Below, piece after piece: positions 26,030-32,000 of a DNA stretch of 32,000 nt. Where the stretch lies: assembly GCF_008000775.2 (NCBI RefSeq), contig NZ_CP042905.2:3270001-3302000 (forward strand), read 5' to 3'. This DNA comes from Promethearchaeum syntrophicum. GTDB lineage: Archaea > Asgardarchaeota > Lokiarchaeia > Sigyniarchaeales > Promethearchaeaceae. The position numbers and the translations under genes are program-made. Position 1 is the first letter of the stretch. Each line of letters opens with the position of its first letter. The notes under the pieces are model-generated. The model did no database searches and was not told where the DNA came from. It worked only from the letters and a program-made list of their open reading frames with translations.

Positions 26030-27055
26030 CTATTTAAAAAGAGTCAAATTAGATGGTAGCTTAATCGATAACCGCTTGTTAATTTTTCTTAAAATGGAAT
26101 CAGTGTTTGGAAGGTTCGCTTCGAGGAATTTTCGGTCCTCAAAATCGGCTTCCCAAATCAGTCGGTCGAGTTCATCATCGGTGATAGTGTTTCGATGGTT
26201 TATATATTTTTCAGCGATCTCCGATATGGGTTTGCTGTAAAATTTCATTATTTTATTTTTTAGAACATTTGGATGTACCTCGAAAGCATCATTTCCAAAT
26301 TCGTCGATAAATGGAACCCGATATTCGTTTATTAATTGGATTCCCCGTGGACTAAGCGCAAATGTTTTTTGATACGTTGAATCTATAAATCTTTTTATTA
26401 GATCTTCGCTCACGTTGAAAAGGGTGCGGAGAGGATTATGTTCGATCCAGATGTTTTTTGTGGTCATCTTTGGGAGATATTTTAAGGATGTAAGGTTGTT
26501 GTGGTTGACATTAAAATCTTTTAATTTTGGCAGTTCTGGGGGCAATCCCTTTAAAGATGTGAGTTGGTTGTGATGAAAATTTAAACGTTCAAGGAGATTT
26601 GGGTTGATTTTAGGAAAATAATTTAAATTCGTAAGATTGCATGAAGTAATAGTGATTCCTCTTAAATTTGGGAGAGAATTTGGAATATATTTTAAATTTT
26701 CAAGGGGACAATTAGTTATTGTAATTCCTCTTAAAGAAGATAATTCAGAAGGTAATCCTTTTAGAGAATTTAAAGGAACATTTTGAATTATTAAACCTTT
26801 TAAATGATGTATGGAATTCGGAAGTAATTCTAGGTTTATCGAACCTTTTAATACGCGATTATACAAGTTGATTCTGATAGCATTTGGTTGATTGATTTTT
26901 GCTTCGTATTTTGGATTTTCGTGCGTAATTAAGATTACTTCAGTTGTTTTCAGAATCTTATCAAAGATACGATCAATATCTTCTTGATAATAAATTTTCG
27001 TTTCATTGTTCTCTTTTTTCATATTAAAATCATTCAGTTGTTCTAATTCTTTCAT
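26030..27055 (-). CDS. leucine-rich repeat protein with an unassigned C-terminal domain
   Basis: Six to seven LRR units of about 22 aa (LPSELSSLRGITITNCPLENLKYIP, LPNLRGITITSCNLTNLNYFP, LERLNFHHNQLTSLKGLPPELPKLKDFNVNHNNLTSLKYLP), followed by a non-repeat region of about 130 aa. AGGTG before the ATG. Confidence 0.8.
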   Translation of the reverse strand: MKELEQLNDFNMKKENNETKIYYQEDIDRIFDKILKTTEVILITHENPKYEAKINQPNAIRINLYNRVLKGSINLELLPNSIHHLKGLIIQNVPLNSLKGLPSELSSLRGITITNCPLENLKYIPNSLPNLRGITITSCNLTNLNYFPKINPNLLERLNFHHNQLTSLKGLPPELPKLKDFNVNHNNLTSLKYLPKMTTKNIWIEHNPLRTLFNVSEDLIKRFIDSTYQKTFALSPRGIQLINEYRVPFIDEFGNDAFEVHPNVLKNKIMKFYSKPISEIAEKYINHRNTITDDELDRLIWEADFEDRKFLEANLPNTDSILRKINKRLSIKLPSNLTLFK

Positions 27056-27161
27056 CTATAATACACCTAACACAACACTGGTTTAAATACATTACTCACT
27101 ATTGGTTTTCTAAAAAAAATTTGAATGAAAATAAAAAAAGAAAAGTGAAAAATGGCTTTTC

Positions 27162-27828
27162 CTAGGAAGATTGCGCATCGTCAAATAAAGACACAATTCT
27201 ATCGCAGTAATTACTCATAAATCCATCCGATAACCCAAGCCGAACCTCAAAAATATTTTTTAGGTCGTACCCATAACCATCTTTCATCTTGTGCCAGTAA
27301 TTAAACCATAACTCATTCTTGTCCAAATCTGTAAAGAAATTATAACTATAATACTGATATTCACCCAATTCTATTCTAGTATCCCCTGGATAATTCCAAT
27401 ATAATCTTTGGTTTGGGGCTACACCCTCATATCTGACTAAATTTCTATCAATAAAATCTTGTTTTTTGGGATACCATGGTTGATCTTCCTCAAAAATCTT
27501 GTTTGGATCAAACAATAAATGGATCATCCCCGAATGGTGGTAAATCTGATTAAATGCAGCCACAAATGACACCACAGATGCATGATCCAAGGTTTCTTTT
27601 GGTCTGCTTAAGTCGTTCCATAATTTCGCCGCTTGAGGAAATAGATACTCGTTAGCTATTTGAGATGGAGAACCATACCACCCACCAGTATCTTGTGTAA
27701 ACCAAGTTAATCCTTTTATTCCATATGTCGATCTGCAAAAATGGGAAAATTTGCATTAATTAAGGATTAGTAACCAGAAATAGCGGAATAATCATTCGCT
27801 TTGATTTTAGTTCAAAATTGCCTCGCAT
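27162..27828 (-). pseudogene. disrupted gene of unknown function (5' part separated by frame change and stops)
   Basis: The 142-aa track ORF starts at a TTG. The same frame is open upstream to 27755 (CKFSHFCRSTYGIKGLTWFTQDTGGWYGSPSQ...) with no ATG. A short ATG-started frame (27828-27760, MRGNFELKSKRMIIPLFLVTNP) sits just upstream in another frame. Confidence 0.45.
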
Positions 27829-27877
27829 AAGGGTTGAAATCACGCAAATGAAATAAAAATCTATACACAATTTCCTT

Positions 27878-28243
27878 TTAAACAAATTTAGCAATTTTAT
27901 CGCAAGTTCTTTTCGTGTCTAGAAAAATTAAGCCTAATTTTACGTTTTTTGATGTTGAAATGGTGAGCACAGCATTGGCGCCAGCTGCCATGGTAAGGAC
28001 GTAGCCGTTCTGGCCCCGTACAAACACCTGCTCGAACAACCCCTTCCCGAATTCCTGCGCGGCTCTTTCTGCAAGAGATAAGATTGCAGCAGTCATAGCA
28101 GCGATTCGTGTTTCATCTACATCTGGCGGTAAGGCACTAGCAATCGGGAGACCTTCGATACTTACTACGGCAGCGGATTGAACTTCAGGTATTGAAGCTA
28201 ACAAATTCTTAAGGATTTCTTCGAGTGATTCTTCTTCAGACAT
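27878..28243 (-). CDS. Roadblock/LC7 (MglB-like) domain protein
   Basis: 121 aa. LLASIPEVQSAAVVSIEGLPIASA...RIAAMTAAILSLAERAA...GYVLTMAAGANAVLTISTS is the classic Roadblock/LC7 pattern and size. Confidence 0.85.
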   Translation of the reverse strand: MSEEESLEEILKNLLASIPEVQSAAVVSIEGLPIASALPPDVDETRIAAMTAAILSLAERAAQEFGKGLFEQVFVRGQNGYVLTMAAGANAVLTISTSKNVKLGLIFLDTKRTCDKIAKFV

Positions 28244-28589
28244 TTTTAAGACAGTTCTCCCAAATTTTAAATAACACTAATATTCCAGCAATGAAGATTT
28301 AGAGGAATATTTAATAATTGTATTTTATAATTTAAAAATTTATGATTAGAGAATGATTTTTTTTTGAAAATCTTAATTAACACGTTATTAATAACATTCC
28401 TTTAAAAAACTATCTGCTTTCTATTCACTTCTTTAAATATAAAACTTTTTACTGAGCAGAAAGTTTAATTTAAGGGGAATTCAGAAATTTTATAAATTCT
28501 TAGGACATTATTATATTTGCGGGAGGAAAGTGCGTATTATCTTACATAATGCCTTTTGAACACGACATATTATGTATTGATTAAAGTAG

Positions 28590-28877
28590 ATGGCAGATTT
28601 TTTGCAACATTTAAAATATGGAAGATATTACGCTGTAATTTACAAAAATATATACCAGAGGCCTAAATCAAAAATGACTCATGGACGACAGAAAATGAAA
28701 AATATAACGATAGCGTTACCTGAAATATATGTTAGAAATCTAGAAAAAATTCAGGAGATTGGAATGGTTCCGTCACGCTCTGAGGCAATTAGATTGGCAA
28801 TACGAGAATTTTTAAAAAAAGAAATAAATAATTGCAAGTTACTAGGTTTTGATCCTGAACGCGTCGATGATGATTAA
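28590..28877 (+). CDS. ribbon-helix-helix (CopG/Arc/MetJ-like) DNA-binding protein
   Basis: KNITIALPEIYVRNLEKIQEIGMVPSRSEAIRLAIREFLKKE fits the RHH strand-helix-helix pattern. The true start may be the internal ATG at 28674 or 28695, giving a protein of about 60 aa. Confidence 0.6.
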   Translation: MADFLQHLKYGRYYAVIYKNIYQRPKSKMTHGRQKMKNITIALPEIYVRNLEKIQEIGMVPSRSEAIRLAIREFLKKEINNCKLLGFDPERVDDD

Positions 28878-28954
28878 GCGATTTAATTTTAAAAACTCTT
28901 AAATACTGGTTTTTTATTTATATAAAATTTCTATATTATAACATAGGGATAATT

Positions 28955-29968
28955 ATGGATGAATTTTTATTCGAAAAGATAAGATTAAGAGGTTCTAATT
29001 GTGAATCAATTAAATTTATTGAATTTCCTCATGGTGAGTGGTTTTTATCATACATAACGGAGAACAAAACTCAAATTAGATTTATGCAAAAAATATCGGA
29101 TAAATCTCCATGGACTGATGAGATTTCACAAAATTCAAATGAATTTGAGAGGACATTAACTAAATTCTCACAAATATCTAATATTTCCTTATTTTTCGAT
29201 AACAAAGGAGATTTAATTTTATTATTTAACAGCTTAAATTCGGAAAACCTTCTCGATTTATTCCTTTTATCTTCATATAATTATGGAAAAAGTTGGGAAA
29301 AAGAACCACAATTAATTTCTCATGAGTATACTTCATGGAAACTTCATTCAAATCCAATTATTCTTTCAAAAGGAATAAAAATGGGGAATATCTTAATACC
29401 AATTGAGAATGAACTTGTAAAGCGCTCTTTGGTTTTAATTTCTGAGGATAATAGAAAAAATTGGCATCTTTCGCTGTATGTAGAACCTGATGAAGAATTT
29501 GAAGATGGAAAAGATATACTAGGTTCAACTTCTCCAGTTATTATTGAAGAAAAAAATGATAATTTAAGATTATTATGTTGGATCTCAAATCAGAAATCAA
29601 TTGTAAGTTATGTTTCATCGGATTTTGGAGCAACTTGGTACGAATCTGATCAATTTTCACAATTGAATATAGAAAAAAACGGAGATTTTGATGCGATAAG
29701 ACTTAAAAACAACGATGGATCTTATTCTGAAAAAATATTTATTATTGGAGCACAACAAAAAAAAGGTAAATATCAGATTGTTGTTTGGGCCTTAGAAGAT
29801 AACTCACCAGATATTCAAGTTTTTTGGAAAAATGATGTTTATTATCCATCATCTCCCAAATTTTGTCAAATTTATCAGGATTCGTGCGGTCGAAATCATT
29901 TTCTTTACAAATTTGAAGATGAGATTGTTCATCATTATTGGCAAATTGAGAAAAATGCAGACAAATAG
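28955..29968 (+). CDS. BNR/Asp-box repeat (sialidase-like beta-propeller) protein
   Basis: One good Asp-box SSDFGATW (S-x-D-x-G-x-T-W) plus degenerate copies SYNYGKSW and SEDNRKNW. 337 aa with no obvious signal peptide. Confidence 0.5.
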   Translation: MDEFLFEKIRLRGSNCESIKFIEFPHGEWFLSYITENKTQIRFMQKISDKSPWTDEISQNSNEFERTLTKFSQISNISLFFDNKGDLILLFNSLNSENLLDLFLLSSYNYGKSWEKEPQLISHEYTSWKLHSNPIILSKGIKMGNILIPIENELVKRSLVLISEDNRKNWHLSLYVEPDEEFEDGKDILGSTSPVIIEEKNDNLRLLCWISNQKSIVSYVSSDFGATWYESDQFSQLNIEKNGDFDAIRLKNNDGSYSEKIFIIGAQQKKGKYQIVVWALEDNSPDIQVFWKNDVYYPSSPKFCQIYQDSCGRNHFLYKFEDEIVHHYWQIEKNADK

Positions 29969-30011
29969 TTATTTACGAATTAATTATTTACTTATTGTTA
30001 GAGAGAATTAA

Positions 30012-31013
30012 GTGATAACCGTGAAATCTACAATCAGCAGTCATTTTTTGGGCACAAAAGGATTAAGTGAAAAGGAAATTCGCAAGTATTATAAAAATCT
30101 TAAAAGTTTGCGCCAAATAATTCACAGTAGTAGTTCCAACGATCGAATGTCTTCAGAATTTTTTTTTGAATTAAATGGTGGACTTAGATTTTTCTACCAA
30201 GAGTGGCCTGCAATACTTAAAGGGACGGAAAAAACGCCAAAAGTTCTAATTTTCACATTTCACGATACATATAATTGTTCCGATACATTTTATCCGCTAG
30301 CAGACGCATTAACACCACTTGGTGCAACGATCATAGGTTTAGATTATCGTGGTCATGGAAGAACAGGAGGATATGCGGGAGGAAATACGGGAGATCTACG
30401 ATCGTTTCAAGATATTTATAATGATATCAAAAAATTAGTGATATTTTATAAACAGAAGTATCAAATACCAGTTTACTTCTTCGGATATGATATTGGGGCT
30501 CTTATTGCCATGCAAGTGGCATTAAAAAATAAAGATTTGGAAATCAATGGAATAATTTTAGCATCTCCGATATGGCGGCTTAAAAGTTCCCTAAAACATG
30601 TCTTTCTCTATCCTTTTATTACTATTGGGCAGATTTTCTCAAAGGGTAATCCTGTACATAGGGTTTTAGGAGAAAAATTGGAAGAAACATACTTTGAGGA
30701 ATATAAAAACTACGCAAATAATAATCCTTTTCGATTAAAAGAAATGTCTTTTAGAATGTTTAGGAAAATCTTAGATCTTATTAATAATTCTCATTTATTG
30801 GTGCCTCGAACAAAAATTCCATGTTTAATCTTACAAGGTACTTCAGATCCCATAGTAGACCATGTTGCAGTGCATAGATTGTATAAAAATTGGAGACATC
30901 AAAATAAATTTATCCGGTTTTATGAGAATGCAGGTCATAATTTATTTGTTGATAAGTTTACTCAAGAAATTTATGACGAAATCGTACTTTTTATAAAAAA
31001 TCTAAGAGAATAG
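30012..31013 (+). CDS. alpha/beta hydrolase (lysophospholipase/monoacylglycerol-lipase-like) with Asp at the nucleophile position
   Basis: VLIFTFHD...YRGHGRTGG, nucleophile elbow FFGYDIGALIA (G-x-D-x-G), LQGTSDPIVD, and GHNLFVD. The track start is a GTG. The first ATG, at 30147, would give about 288 aa. Confidence 0.7.
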   Translation: MITVKSTISSHFLGTKGLSEKEIRKYYKNLKSLRQIIHSSSSNDRMSSEFFFELNGGLRFFYQEWPAILKGTEKTPKVLIFTFHDTYNCSDTFYPLADALTPLGATIIGLDYRGHGRTGGYAGGNTGDLRSFQDIYNDIKKLVIFYKQKYQIPVYFFGYDIGALIAMQVALKNKDLEINGIILASPIWRLKSSLKHVFLYPFITIGQIFSKGNPVHRVLGEKLEETYFEEYKNYANNNPFRLKEMSFRMFRKILDLINNSHLLVPRTKIPCLILQGTSDPIVDHVAVHRLYKNWRHQNKFIRFYENAGHNLFVDKFTQEIYDEIVLFIKNLRE

Positions 31014-31043
31014 TAAAAAAGCTAAAAAATCGAAGGTTAACGC

Positions 31044-32000
31044 ATGGATAAAAAAACGAAGGAAAAACTGCAAGATCCAAAAATTCAAAAGATAAATAGC
31101 TCAAAATTGATGTGGAAATTTAGATTTTATGGATTTTTCAAAAATCTACGCTTTTTTGAACCTTTCTTATTAATTATGTTATTGGATCCGAGCATAGGGC
31201 TAAGTTTATTTGAAATCGGACTATTAATATCGATTAGAGAAATTTTTACCTACACCTTTGAAATTCCTTCAGGGGTAATTGCAGATAAATTTGGAAAAAA
31301 GAGAGAACTATTAATATGTTTTGTATTTTACATCATTTCTTTTGTTTTTTATTTTTTTGGATTAGATCCAGATATTGCGGTTTCAAACCTTATATTTTTA
31401 GTTAGTGCCTCGATTTTCTTTGGTTTAGGTGAATCTTTTAGATCGGGAACTCATAAAGCGATGGAATTACTTTGGATGGAAAATGAAGATTTAATGGATT
31501 ATAAAACTCATGTATATGGAAGTACCCGGGCTTATTCTCTACTTGGTTCAGCCCTTTCAGCAATTCTTGCAGTTTTTCTAAAAATATTTATTCCTGCAAA
31601 TAAATGGATATTTTTAATAACAATTATCCCATATATATTGGATTTCATCCTTATTGCTTCTTATCCAAGTTATATGAACGATCATCAACCAATAACAGGG
31701 GGTTATTGGAATCAGTTAAAAATTGGTTTTAAAGGCGTAGGTCCAACACTAAAGTCGAAAAAAATCCGCAAAGCTATATTTTCTTCTGCAATTTATGATG
31801 CTATCTATAAAACTCTTAAGGATTATATTCAGCCGATCATGGTCATTTTTATTTCTATTTTCCTGATTCAAATAGGTAAAGATGAAACAGATACTGAAAC
31901 AGCAAATATCTATATCTCGATAATTCTTGGAGGCATATATTGTATTTTCTATCTTATTTCTTCATTATCATCCCAGAATGCATTTAAACTAAAAAAATTA
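31044..32000 (+). CDS. MFS-type transporter, 5' part (runs off the right edge)
   Basis: From the ATG at 31044 the frame stays open for 319 codons to the window end, checked by hand. It has multiple hydrophobic helices and the loop EIPSGVIADKFGKKRELL, which resembles MFS motif A. It is absent from the ORF track because it has no stop in the window. Confidence 0.55.
   Translation, partial: MDKKTKEKLQDPKIQKINSSKLMWKFRFYGFFKNLRFFEPFLLIMLLDPSIGLSLFEIGLLISIREIFTYTFEIPSGVIADKFGKKRELLICFVFYIISFVFYFFGLDPDIAVSNLIFLVSASIFFGLGESFRSGTHKAMELLWMENEDLMDYKTHVYGSTRAYSLLGSALSAILAVFLKIFIPANKWIFLITIIPYILDFILIASYPSYMNDHQPITGGYWNQLKIGFKGVGPTLKSKKIRKAIFSSAIYDAIYKTLKDYIQPIMVIFISIFLIQIGKDETDTETANIYISIILGGIYCIFYLISSLSSQNAFKLKKL

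Noticed and set aside
24875-27877. The decayed interval as an integrated mobile element, integron-like cassette array or provirus.
   Set aside because: I recognised no integrase, transposase, terminal inverted repeats, tRNA target or virus-like genes. Repeat homology is confined to the coding tail rather than to element ends. A recombination role for the tail is kept only as a hypothesis in the findings.
24890-27965. The repeated Roadblock-tail copies as a CRISPR array or other regular repeat array.
   Set aside because: The units are about 85-100 bp, are derived from coding sequence, begin exactly at a stop codon, and are spaced irregularly (about 0.1 to 1.9 kb). They are not palindromic, and no cas genes are present.
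28590-28877. The RHH protein as the antitoxin of a toxin-antitoxin pair.
   Set aside because: No small partner ORF overlaps or directly follows it. The next gene starts 78 bp later and is a 337-aa Asp-box protein.
20007-32000. A small Ras/Arf/MglA-like GTPase partner for the Roadblock, LRR and TPR-longin genes.
   Set aside because: I scanned the translated ORFs in this interval for a P-loop (GxxxxGK[ST]) and found none. The only P-loops I found in the window are in the two ABC ATPases.
1-32000. tRNA, rRNA or other structured RNA genes, looked for as local GC-rich islands in intergenic DNA.
   Set aside because: No intergenic segment shows the GC-rich, stem-forming character expected of structured RNAs in an AT-rich genome. 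The only marked GC island (27962-28063) lies inside a coding frame.

Overview
AT-rich (about 30% GC by eye), densely coded archaeal chromosome segment. The archaeal call rests on a TFIIB/TFB homolog, a geranylgeranyl-reductase-family gene, an Opp-type substrate-binding protein with a C-terminal membrane anchor, and oligo-T tracts after genes. The mix of Roadblock/LC7, LRR, TPR and JAMM/MPN proteins makes an Asgard (Loki-like) origin plausible, but that is inference only. Gene order, left to right: nucleoside phosphorylase, DUF547 and GGR-family reductase (-); a circularly permuted N4/N6 DNA methyltransferase, a zinc-ribbon ORF broken only by four TGA codons, and a TPR/zinc-ribbon protein (+); a 7TM-PAS hybrid histidine kinase, thioredoxin and a six-gene oppA-X-oppBCDF peptide transporter operon (-); a membrane-fused alpha/beta hydrolase; two unknown proteins next to a JAMM/MPN metalloprotease; a GH63/trehalase-like glycosidase; a divergent TFB paralog; a 645-aa TPR protein with a possible longin/roadblock-like C-terminal domain; a 3.4 kb partly decayed zone (24.9-28.3 kb); then an RHH regulator, an Asp-box propeller protein, an alpha/beta hydrolase with Asp at the nucleophile position, and a partial MFS transporter. 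I recognised no rRNA, tRNA, CRISPR array, transposase or integrase. The most unusual region is 24.9-28.3 kb. It holds one intact Roadblock/LC7 gene plus four further same-strand copies of only its last 10-30 codons, interleaved with an LRR gene and broken ORFs. The intact gene carries a sharply bounded 102-bp GC3-rich patch that ends where the repeated tail begins. Other items worth a second look are the TGA-only interrupted zinc-ribbon ORF, the permuted orphan methyltransferase, a 23-bp exact repeat at the same 31-nt offset after two unrelated genes, and the JAMM/coiled-coil divergent pair. All functional calls come from motifs read by eye and remembered family signatures. No database search was run.
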